From: Chlamydiales bacterium
GTDB lineage: Bacteria; Chlamydiota; Chlamydiia; Chlamydiales; SM23-39
DNA length: 32,000 nucleotides
Assembly (NCBI GenBank): GCA_965261025.1
Contig: OZ253438.1
Coordinates: 450,001-482,000 of the forward strand
Direction of reading: 5' to 3'
Within the stretch, counting starts at the first letter, position 1. Each line of letters opens with the position of its first letter. This document shows, in pieces, positions 24,782 to 32,000 of this stretch. A model generated the notes under the pieces. That model made no database searches and was not told where the DNA came from. It was given only the letters and a program-made list of their open reading frames with translations. Made by a program: the position numbers and the translations under genes.

Positions 24782-25768
24782 CTACTCCTGCTGTAAAACA
24801 GCCGCTCCCCAGGTAAACCCTGAGCCAAAAGCGGTTAATAAGATATTTTCTTTTGACTGAATCTTTTTTTTCTGGATCAACTCATCTAAAGCAAGACCTA
24901 TGGAAGAACAAGAAGTATTCCCATATTTCCCCACCGTTTTAAAAACCCGATCCCCTTTGAGATGATGGAAGCGTTTGGCAATAGCATCTATAATCCTTTC
25001 ATTAGCCTGGTGAGGTATAAGCCAGCTAATATCTTCTTCCTGAAGATCTAAAGCCTCTAGACAAAGCTTAGAAGAAGATTCCATTCTTCTTACAGCATGT
25101 TTAAACACCTCATTACCTGCCATCTTAATGTAGTGCATTCTTTTTGCCACAGTCTCCTCCGAAGCAGGATTAGCCACTCCCCCTGCAGGAAGGATTAAAA
25201 GATCTGATTGCTCTCCATCAGAGCCTAAAGAAACTTGTTCAATAAAGAGCCCTTTTCCCTCTAGACTAACTATGCTAGAAGCAGCCCCATCCCCAAACAA
25301 TACACAGGTAGAGCGATCTGTATAATCTACTATCGAAGAAAGTTTTTCTGAAGCGGCTACCAAAATATTTTTATAAGTACCCGATTCTACAAGAGCTTTT
25401 GCTAGGGAAAGCGCATACAAATACCCCGTACAAGCAGCTTGCAAGTCACACGCTCCCGCTTTTTTTGCTTGAAGCTTTTCCTGCAAAATACAAGCCGTAC
25501 TAGGAAACACATAGTCAGGGGTAAGAGTGGCTACTAAAATAAAGTCTATCTCATTAGCCCCCAGGTTAGCCTGTTTTAAAGCCTTCAAAGAAGCTTTATT
25601 AGCCATATCGGAGGTAAGTTCTGCTTTCTCTGCGATCCTTCTCTCCCTAATTCCTGTTCTAGAAACGATCCACTCATCCGAGGTATCCACCATTTTTTCT
25701 AAATCCTGATTAGAAAGGATCCTTTCAGGAACATAAGAACCCATACCTATAATCTTTGCTTTTTTCAT
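24782..25768 (-). CDS. fabH: 3-oxoacyl-[ACP] synthase III
   Basis: The active-site Cys context is QAACTGYLYAL. HQANERI and GNTSCSSI supply the His/Asn of the catalytic triad. Length is 328 aa. Confidence 0.95.
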   Translation of the reverse strand: MKKAKIIGMGSYVPERILSNQDLEKMVDTSDEWIVSRTGIRERRIAEKAELTSDMANKASLKALKQANLGANEIDFILVATLTPDYVFPSTACILQEKLQAKKAGACDLQAACTGYLYALSLAKALVESGTYKNILVAASEKLSSIVDYTDRSTCVLFGDGAASSIVSLEGKGLFIEQVSLGSDGEQSDLLILPAGGVANPASEETVAKRMHYIKMAGNEVFKHAVRRMESSSKLCLEALDLQEEDISWLIPHQANERIIDAIAKRFHHLKGDRVFKTVGKYGNTSCSSIGLALDELIQKKKIQSKENILLTAFGSGFTWGAAVLQQE

Positions 25769-25920
25769 AACTAAAAAAAACCGAGGTAATTAAAGAAATT
25801 ATTTTTCGGAACTGATTTTATCTTTTTTCTTCTTAAAACCAAAGTCAATTCTAAAGGGAAAACAGACGAAAAGCCTATTTTTTTCTTGCTCTAGATTTTT
25901 TTATACGCAAAAATGGGCGT

Positions 25921-26520
25921 ATGAACTACGAATACCCCAAGGGATTACAGAAAATTTTTACCTTTTTCAAAAAACTCCCAGGAGTAGGCTCCAAGACGGC
26001 AGAAAGGTTTGCCTTTGAGCTTCTTTCTTGGAAAGAAGAGGACCTCTCCCATTTTTCCGAAACAGTGAAAAATATAAAAACGCTTATTACTTCTTGCAAA
26101 GAGTGTGGCGCTTTAAAAGAGACACTATGTCCCTTTTGCTCTTCTTCTTCTAGAAATCAAGAAGTTCTCTGCATTCTTTCTTCTGCAAAAGAAATTTTTC
26201 TTCTGGAAAATACTAGGTCTTATCAAGGTCTATACCATGTCTTGGATAATTTGCTCTCCCCTTTAGAAGGAAAAGAAGAGAGTTCTATAGGATTAGAAAA
26301 ACTCATACAAAGAATCGAATCAAAAAATATCCAGGAAATTATCCTTGCTTTGGATTCTACTTTAGAAGGGGATGCTACAGCCCTTTTCTTAAAAGAATCT
26401 TTAAAAAAATACTCTTTGCGTTTTTCCCGATTAGCTCCCGGTATTCCTTTGGGTAGCTCTTTGGAGTACGTAGATAATGCTACTTTAGCAAGGGCTTTAA
26501 CTTATCGGCAGGCTCTGTAG
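25921..26520 (+). CDS. recR: Recombination protein RecR
   Basis: Carries KLPGVGSKTAERFAF (HhH), the zinc finger CKECGALKETLCPFC, and a Toprim region ILALDSTLEGDATA. Confidence 0.95.
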   Translation: MNYEYPKGLQKIFTFFKKLPGVGSKTAERFAFELLSWKEEDLSHFSETVKNIKTLITSCKECGALKETLCPFCSSSSRNQEVLCILSSAKEIFLLENTRSYQGLYHVLDNLLSPLEGKEESSIGLEKLIQRIESKNIQEIILALDSTLEGDATALFLKESLKKYSLRFSRLAPGIPLGSSLEYVDNATLARALTYRQAL

Positions 26521-26586
26521 TTGCAATAATTCTAATCTATTTCTATAATGATCCTCTCGTGTTAATACAAATTCTGGGCTAAGACC

Positions 26587-28938
26587 TTGACTTCACAATT
26601 CGTTAGAAAGCTTTTTCTTCCTCTGTTTTTTTCTCTTCCTTTCCTAGCTTTTTCTTTTGAAGAATCTTTAGAAGGAAAAGTGATAAGGAAAATAGAAATC
26701 CTATACCAAGAAGAAGGTCCTTCTAAAGGATTGGACTCTTCTCTTTTACAAGATAAGCTAAAAAGTAAGGAAAGTTATCCCTTTTCTCAAGACACTTTTG
26801 ACGCTGATTTAAAGGCTTTAGCTGAGGAATTTGATTGGGTAGAACCTCTTTTTTCCCTAGAAGAGGAAAAAGTCTCTATAGTTCTGAAAATATGGCCTAA
26901 GCCGTTAATCCATGCTATTCATTGGAAGGGAAACCAAGAATATTCCCAAAAAAAACTCCAGAGAGAGCTCGATGTTTTTCCCAAGACTACTTTGACTCGG
27001 AAAGTCTTCAATGAACATTTTTCTAAGCTAAAGCAGTTTTACGTAAAGCATGGATTTTTTGAGTCTCAACTCTCTTACGAGGTTGTTCCAGTAGAAAATA
27101 CAGGCGAAGTAGATATTTTTGTTACGGTTTTTGAAGGAAGATCTGGAAAGATTCAAGAGGTTCTTTTTGAAGGCTTTTCTAAGGAAGATATTCGAGAAGC
27201 TAAATCGAAAATGCTAACAGGAAAGTACCGATTTTTTACGAGCTGGCTAACGGGAGCGGGTCTTTTACAAGAGGAAATGTTGGATCAAGACCAGCTTACC
27301 CTCGTCAACTATTTTCAAGAAAAAGGTTTCGCTGATGCAAAAGTAGATATTTCTACTTTAGATGATCCTTACGGAAACCGCGTCATAGTACAGGTTTCTG
27401 TGAAAAAAGGTCCCCTATACCGATTTGGAGAAATGAAAATAGAAGGAAATGTCCTGTTTTCTCAGGAAGAGATAAAAGAGAAAATTTCTTTCCAGGAGGG
27501 GGCTCTTTTTTCTCCAGAAAAAATCCATAACTCTATACAAATCATCAAAGATCTCTATGGTCATAAAGGATATATTGAAACTCTTGTACAATACGAAAGT
27601 TTTTTAGATCCCTTAGAGCCTGTCTTTCATTTCAATGTCTCTGTTCAGGAAAGTGATAAATACAGAATCGGTATGATTCATATCCTAGGCAACCATCAAA
27701 CCAAAGCACATGTTCTTCTAAGAGAATCTCTCTTAGTTCCAGGTGAGCTTTTTGATTCTCGCAAATTAGAAGCTACCAAAACCCGTCTTCAGAACATGGG
27801 ATACTTTAAAGATGTAAATGTCTTTACTGTAAAAAACTGTGAGAAAGAAGAGGAAGAAGATCTTTCTACACTCTCTTATAGGGATATTTATATAGAAGTA
27901 GAGGAAGCAGCAACGGGCTCAATGAGTCTTTTTTTAGGTTTTGGTTCAACGGATAAGCTAAACGGAGGCCTGGATTTTACTGAGAGAAACTTTAACATAA
28001 GAGGATTTAAAACTCTTTTTACTAAAGGCCTTTCTTCTCTGAGAGGAGGGGGAGAGTTTGTACATGCTAGAGCCTCGATCGGAAAAAAGCAAAGCAACTA
28101 TTTCCTCACTTGGATGGATCCTTATTTCCTTGATTCTCTGTGGAGATTTGGTTTTGAAATAAGTAAAACCTCTAGTGAGCTTCAATCTACTGACTATGAT
28201 ACCGATACTTATGGAACGACTCTCTTTGCTTCTTACCCTATAACTAACAACTGGACCTATGGGCTCAAATATCGGATTCGGTATACGGATACGGATGTAA
28301 AAAATTCTGCGGGAGATTCTTTACAGAAACTGGATAACTCTGGAGTACTTTCCGCTGTGGGTACTTCTCTTGTATATGACTCTGCTGATAACATCTACAA
28401 ACCTCACAAAGGAATCCGTTCTACATTAGAAACAGAGTTCTCTGGTTTGGGGGGAAAGTTTATCTTCTTAAAGTTAGGTTATAATAATACTTTATACCTA
28501 CCAGTAACTGCTAAGACTACTTTAAAATTCCGGGGGAATCTCAATTTTTTGCAGCCCTTTTATGGGAGTATAAGTAAAAGAATTCCTGTAAGTGAAAAGT
28601 TTTTTCTAGGAGGAGAAGGTACGGTCCGCGGATACAAGCCCTATATTCTTGGACCGAGAAAAAATGGCCAACCCACAGGAGGAGTTACCTCTGCTTTGAC
28701 TTCTGCAGAGTATAATGTGGAGATTCTTCCGATACTGGATTTATTTGCTTTTGTAGATGGGGGATCGGTCTCTGGAAAGGTTTTTCTTCCAAGTAAGCTT
28801 CGTTGGAGCACGGGAGTAGGCGCCAGAATAGAGATTATGCAAAGGGCCCCTATAATAGTGGGATATGGATACCCTATAAACCCAAAAGAAAGCTCTGACA
28901 AAGACCGGCTTTTCTTCTCTTTGCAAGGGCAGTTTTAA
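26587..28938 (+). CDS. bamA: Outer membrane protein assembly factor BamA (Omp85)
   Basis: TTG start. An in-frame ATG at 26548 terminates after 5 codons, and no ATG exists within the signal peptide. The signal peptide is FVRKLFLPLFFSLPFLAFS. POTRA-like repeats are present, as are GGEGTVRGY and the C-terminal ...FFSLQGQF. Confidence 0.92.
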   Translation: MTSQFVRKLFLPLFFSLPFLAFSFEESLEGKVIRKIEILYQEEGPSKGLDSSLLQDKLKSKESYPFSQDTFDADLKALAEEFDWVEPLFSLEEEKVSIVLKIWPKPLIHAIHWKGNQEYSQKKLQRELDVFPKTTLTRKVFNEHFSKLKQFYVKHGFFESQLSYEVVPVENTGEVDIFVTVFEGRSGKIQEVLFEGFSKEDIREAKSKMLTGKYRFFTSWLTGAGLLQEEMLDQDQLTLVNYFQEKGFADAKVDISTLDDPYGNRVIVQVSVKKGPLYRFGEMKIEGNVLFSQEEIKEKISFQEGALFSPEKIHNSIQIIKDLYGHKGYIETLVQYESFLDPLEPVFHFNVSVQESDKYRIGMIHILGNHQTKAHVLLRESLLVPGELFDSRKLEATKTRLQNMGYFKDVNVFTVKNCEKEEEEDLSTLSYRDIYIEVEEAATGSMSLFLGFGSTDKLNGGLDFTERNFNIRGFKTLFTKGLSSLRGGGEFVHARASIGKKQSNYFLTWMDPYFLDSLWRFGFEISKTSSELQSTDYDTDTYGTTLFASYPITNNWTYGLKYRIRYTDTDVKNSAGDSLQKLDNSGVLSAVGTSLVYDSADNIYKPHKGIRSTLETEFSGLGGKFIFLKLGYNNTLYLPVTAKTTLKFRGNLNFLQPFYGSISKRIPVSEKFFLGGEGTVRGYKPYILGPRKNGQPTGGVTSALTSAEYNVEILPILDLFAFVDGGSVSGKVFLPSKLRWSTGVGARIEIMQRAPIIVGYGYPINPKESSDKDRLFFSLQGQF

Positions 28939-28960
28939 CAAAAATAAGGAGAATCTTACT

Positions 28961-29557
28961 ATGAAAATCATGTTAACTATATTGGCTCTGTCCGCTTCTT
29001 TTGCCTTTAGTGCAAATAAGCAGGCTGCCTCAAAACAACCAGGAATTGTTAATTTTACGCAATGTGTTTTAGAGTCTAAATATGGAAAAGACGAGCAAAA
29101 AAACTTTGAAAAGATGAGAAAGCAAATGCTTTCTATGATGGAAGAGACGGATCAGGAACTACAAGCCATAGCTAAAGAGCTAGAAGACCCAGAACTTTCT
29201 GACTCTCTATCTCCTAAGGCAAAGGAGGAAAAAGAGAGCAAAAGACAAGCTCTTCAAGAAGATCTTACTAGATATCAAAACCAGTATTATCAAGCAGTAA
29301 ATCAAGCTCAATACCAATTAGTGCAAAAACTTTCTTCTAGTATAAACAAAGCTGCGGAAAAAGTAGCGAAAGAAAAAAGCCTCTCTTTCGTAGTGAATAA
29401 GGAAGCGTGTTTTTATTTTGATCCCTCTCTTGAAATTACAGAGAAGGTAATCCGAAAAATGGACCAAGAGTTTGAGCTGCAAGCAGCTAAAGAGGTTTCA
29501 GAAAAATCAGAAATTTCCCAAAAGGAGTCCCCTAAACAAGAGGGAAAAAATAGCTAA
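28961..29557 (+). CDS. skp: Periplasmic chaperone Skp/OmpH-like
   Basis: The signal peptide is MKIMLTILALSASFAFSA. The body is Lys/Glu/Gln-rich and coiled-coil-like. The gene sits in the conserved position between bamA and lpxD, and AAGGAG lies upstream. Confidence 0.8.
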   Translation: MKIMLTILALSASFAFSANKQAASKQPGIVNFTQCVLESKYGKDEQKNFEKMRKQMLSMMEETDQELQAIAKELEDPELSDSLSPKAKEEKESKRQALQEDLTRYQNQYYQAVNQAQYQLVQKLSSSINKAAEKVAKEKSLSFVVNKEACFYFDPSLEITEKVIRKMDQEFELQAAKEVSEKSEISQKESPKQEGKNS

Positions 29558-29558
29558 A

Positions 29559-30584
29559 ATGGCTAGATACACCCTAAAAGAGCTGGAAGAACTTACGCAA
29601 GCAGAACTAGTAGGGGATCCTTCCTACGTTATTTCAGGTGTAGAAACATTGGAAGAGGCATCCCTTGAAGATGCCTCTTTTCTTTCTAATCCTCGTTATG
29701 AAGATTCTATGAAACGAAGTAAGGCAGGTGTTTTTTGTATCGCTTCGAAAACGCCCCTTTTAGAAGGAAGAAACTATCTCATAGCAAAGGATCCTTCCCT
29801 TTTATTTCAAAAACTGGTGAATCTTTTTCATCCAGATAGCAAACCGGCTACAGGATTTCAGGGAATTCATCCCCAAGCAGTAGTACATCCAACGGCTATT
29901 ATAGAAGATGGGGTCTGTATAGGGCCTTTTTGTGTCATAGATCAGTATGTACATATCCAAAAAGAAACCATCTTATTTCCCCATGTGTATGTAGGCTCTT
30001 ATGCAAAGATCGGAAAAAGCTGTATCCTACATCCCATGTCTAGTGTTAGGGAACGCTGCATTTTAAAAGATAGGGTTATTCTACAGCAGGGCTCTGTCAT
30101 TGGCTCTTGCGGGTTTGGTTATACCACTAATGAAAGAGGGGAATATATAAAACTAGAACAAGCTGGCAACGTAATTTTAGAAGAGGACGTAGAGATAGGC
30201 GCCAATACTACCATAGATAGAGCTCGTTTTAAAAGTACCCTCATTAAAAAAGGGACAAAAATTGATAACCTGGTCCAGATTGCTCACAATGTAGAAGTAG
30301 GAACAAATACAGTGATGGCAGCTCAAACGGGAATAGCAGGATCTACAAAGATAGGATCTTCTGTCATGATAGGAGGACAGGCGGGCATTCTAGGTCACAT
30401 AGAAATTACAGATCAGGTTATGATAGCTACTCGAAGTGGCGTGAGTAAATCATTAAAAAAACCAGGGCAATACCGAGGTAGTCCTGCTATTCCTTTATCG
30501 GAATACCATAAAAGGGAAGTTCATATACGAAAGCTAGGCAGACTTTATAAACAGCTGCGGGAACAAAAAGAAGAGATTATATGA
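29559..30584 (+). CDS. lpxD: UDP-3-O-acylglucosamine N-acyltransferase
   Basis: MARYTLKELEELTQAELVGDPSYVISGV is a typical LpxD N-terminus. Hexapeptide (left-handed beta-helix) repeats run through the middle. The ATG at 29559 lies 1 nt after the skp TAA. The ORF-track start at 29472 overlaps skp. Confidence 0.93.
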   Translation: MARYTLKELEELTQAELVGDPSYVISGVETLEEASLEDASFLSNPRYEDSMKRSKAGVFCIASKTPLLEGRNYLIAKDPSLLFQKLVNLFHPDSKPATGFQGIHPQAVVHPTAIIEDGVCIGPFCVIDQYVHIQKETILFPHVYVGSYAKIGKSCILHPMSSVRERCILKDRVILQQGSVIGSCGFGYTTNERGEYIKLEQAGNVILEEDVEIGANTTIDRARFKSTLIKKGTKIDNLVQIAHNVEVGTNTVMAAQTGIAGSTKIGSSVMIGGQAGILGHIEITDQVMIATRSGVSKSLKKPGQYRGSPAIPLSEYHKREVHIRKLGRLYKQLREQKEEII

Positions 30585-30660
30585 ACAAAAAGGCTAGTTA
30601 GTATATCTTCTTATCTGTAGAATCTTTTTTTTAATTTCTTAAAAAAGAGGTCCTAACTTT

Positions 30661-31269
30661 ATGGAAGCTAAACAAATAAAACTCTCTATTTGTGCAGAGC
30701 TTCTTTTGTTCTTTTCAAAAATACCAAAGGGTTCTGCTTCTGATTTGCCGCGAGGTACCATCCAAATAAAAAAGGTGCAGCGCCTTGCAGAACGCATTCA
30801 CAAAAAAATCCTCTTAGGAAAATCCCCTGAAGAAACTATCCAGCTTGTGTTATGGCTAAAAGAGCTTTTTTCACTACAAAATAATGACAATCTCCTTTCC
30901 TGTAAAACATATGAACCTTTATCAATAGCCCGCTCTCTTTGTAAAAAATTGGAGAAAGAAGGCAAAAAGCAAACGTTATGCAGAGAATTAGATAACGCTG
31001 CTTCCTTGGAAAGGATAAAAACTCTGTTGATTAAGCTAAATTTACCAGCGTTAGGAGTTTTTCTAGCTCAATACTTTAATTTAGTTCAAATGGCCTTGCT
31101 TCCCGATCTAATAGCTAAAATAATCCTAGTTTGCCTCCTATTTTTTACTGCGCTTGCTCATTTAGTTACTGAATTCCACACGGTCTCATTCAGTACTAAG
31201 AAAGTCAAAGAGCTAGAAGAGAAAGTAGTAGAAGTAGTAGAAGTAATAGAAAAGTCTTCTTCTTTATGA
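30661..31269 (+). CDS. Hypothetical membrane protein with a bilobed hydrophobic hairpin (candidate inclusion-membrane 'Inc' protein)
   Basis: 202 aa. Residues 128-169 form two 20-aa hydrophobic helices separated only by Pro-Asp: LPALGVFLAQYFNLVQMALL-PD-LIAKIILVCLLFFTALAHLV. An acidic tail, KELEEKVVEVVEVIEK, follows. No Sec signal is present. Confidence 0.65.
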   Translation: MEAKQIKLSICAELLLFFSKIPKGSASDLPRGTIQIKKVQRLAERIHKKILLGKSPEETIQLVLWLKELFSLQNNDNLLSCKTYEPLSIARSLCKKLEKEGKKQTLCRELDNAASLERIKTLLIKLNLPALGVFLAQYFNLVQMALLPDLIAKIILVCLLFFTALAHLVTEFHTVSFSTKKVKELEEKVVEVVEVIEKSSSL

Positions 31270-31273
31270 AAAG

Positions 31274-31323
31274 AGAAAAGCTCCTCGCAAACGAAGCTAA
31301 AAGCAGTTTGGAGGAGCTTTTTT
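31274..31323. terminator. Bidirectional rho-independent terminator shared by convergent genes
   Basis: AAAAGCTCCTC (31276-31286) pairs with GAGGAGCTTTT (31311-31321). An inner CAAAC/GTTTG stem lies at 31288-31292 and 31306-31310. A T6 run follows on the plus strand, and CTCTTTTC follows on the minus strand. Confidence 0.6.
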
Positions 31324-31365
31324 GTAGTTCAGGTACCTAAAGAGGTTCTTAGAGAAGCTCCTTAA

Positions 31366-31761
31366 TTAATCAAGAGACTCGCAACCCATGATATCTCTGG
31401 AAAATTTTTGATTTTTCCAATGGGTAGTACCTATGACTTTCCGCTGTTTTGGATGTAACCGATAAACATCATATTGCTCTCTCTGTTCTTCCTGATAAAT
31501 CCAACGCGTTCTGATAGTAACGGATATAGATTTGGAACTTTTATTTACCAGATAAACCCAAGAACCATAATCACCGCCAACATATTTATACTCTAACTTT
31601 GCAGCACCACTACAATCAGGACTCACATCGCAATCTTCCGATGTTATCTCCTCAGGCAAGAGAGGTTGTTCAATCTCCTCCTCCATTGCACAAACAGATG
31701 TAAAAAGCCCAAGGGTAAAAAACAGTAAAAAATGGAATAGAGATTTCTTTTTTATAGTCAT
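31366..31761 (-). CDS. Small secreted/periplasmic hypothetical protein
   Basis: The ATG at 31761 is preceded by AAGGAG at 7-nt spacing. The signal peptide is MTIKKKSLFHFLLFFTLGLFTSVCA. The mature part is about 105 aa, begins with an acidic stretch and has 3 Cys. The ORF-track start at 31833 adds 24 residues ahead of the signal peptide. Confidence 0.6.
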   Translation of the reverse strand: MTIKKKSLFHFLLFFTLGLFTSVCAMEEEIEQPLLPEEITSEDCDVSPDCSGAAKLEYKYVGGDYGSWVYLVNKSSKSISVTIRTRWIYQEEQREQYDVYRLHPKQRKVIGTTHWKNQKFSRDIMGCESLD

Positions 31762-32000
31762 TTTAAAACTCCTTTCGGTTAAGGTTTTATGCAAGAAGAC
31801 CAGTACAATTCCATCTGCTTCCTTTGTTTTCAATATTTTTTTTATTTTTTATTTCTAAGAATGAGGGAAATGTATTTGAAAAGAGGAGAAGATTCAATAG
31901 CAATACCAGACGATATCTGCAACCTACTAAGAAATCCCAAAAAGCTAACAAAAATCAATTAAGAATGAGTCTCAGGGATAATAGAAAATAGTATTGGAAA

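Noticed and set aside
1-32000. I looked for tRNA, rRNA and tmRNA genes, CRISPR repeat arrays, IS elements or transposases, integrases and phage genes.
   Set aside because: No intergenic region shows a cloverleaf-like GTTCGAATC-type T-arm. I saw no evenly spaced direct repeats. No ORF carries DDE-transposase or tyrosine-recombinase-like motifs. All intergenic gaps are under 300 nt.

Overview
Low-GC bacterial chromosome segment (about 37-40% GC by my spot counts) with roughly 33 protein-coding genes. I found no rRNA, tRNA, CRISPR array, IS element or integrase. Gene content and order point to the phylum Chlamydiota. The arrangement fabH-fabD-fabG-acpP (-), recR (+), bamA-skp/ompH-lpxD (+) matches what I remember for C. 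trachomatis CT236-CT243, and a PIN/TRAM yacL-like gene with acpS lies near trxB. An Inc-like protein with a bilobed hydrophobic domain is also present. Extra genes such as proC and the accessory ORFs suggest a non-Chlamydiaceae, 'environmental' chlamydia; this is inference. Most of the window is housekeeping: galE', suhB, folD, rnr, rpsI, rplM, miaB, lgt, rlmH, acpS, trxB, proC, the fab genes, recR, bamA, skp and lpxD. Four things stand out. (1) A two-gene minus-strand cassette (6346-9645) encodes 445-aa and 591-aa soluble proteins that I cannot assign to any family. Both genes have strong AAGGAG ribosome-binding sites, both proteins have Ser/Thr-rich N-termini without acidic residues, and the cassette ends at a perfect 18-bp-stem palindrome. 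(2) A translationally coupled three-gene operon (18249-22760) encodes a polytopic membrane domain fused to HEAT repeats, a stand-alone cNMP-binding protein, and a 2-TM/HAMP sensor whose PP2C-like domain appears catalytically degenerate. (3) A candidate inclusion-membrane protein lies at 30661-31269. (4) Two lineage-specific genes sit between acpS and trxB, one of them an outer-membrane beta-barrel candidate coupled to trxB by an ATGA overlap. All functional calls are by-eye motif recognition; no database search was possible.
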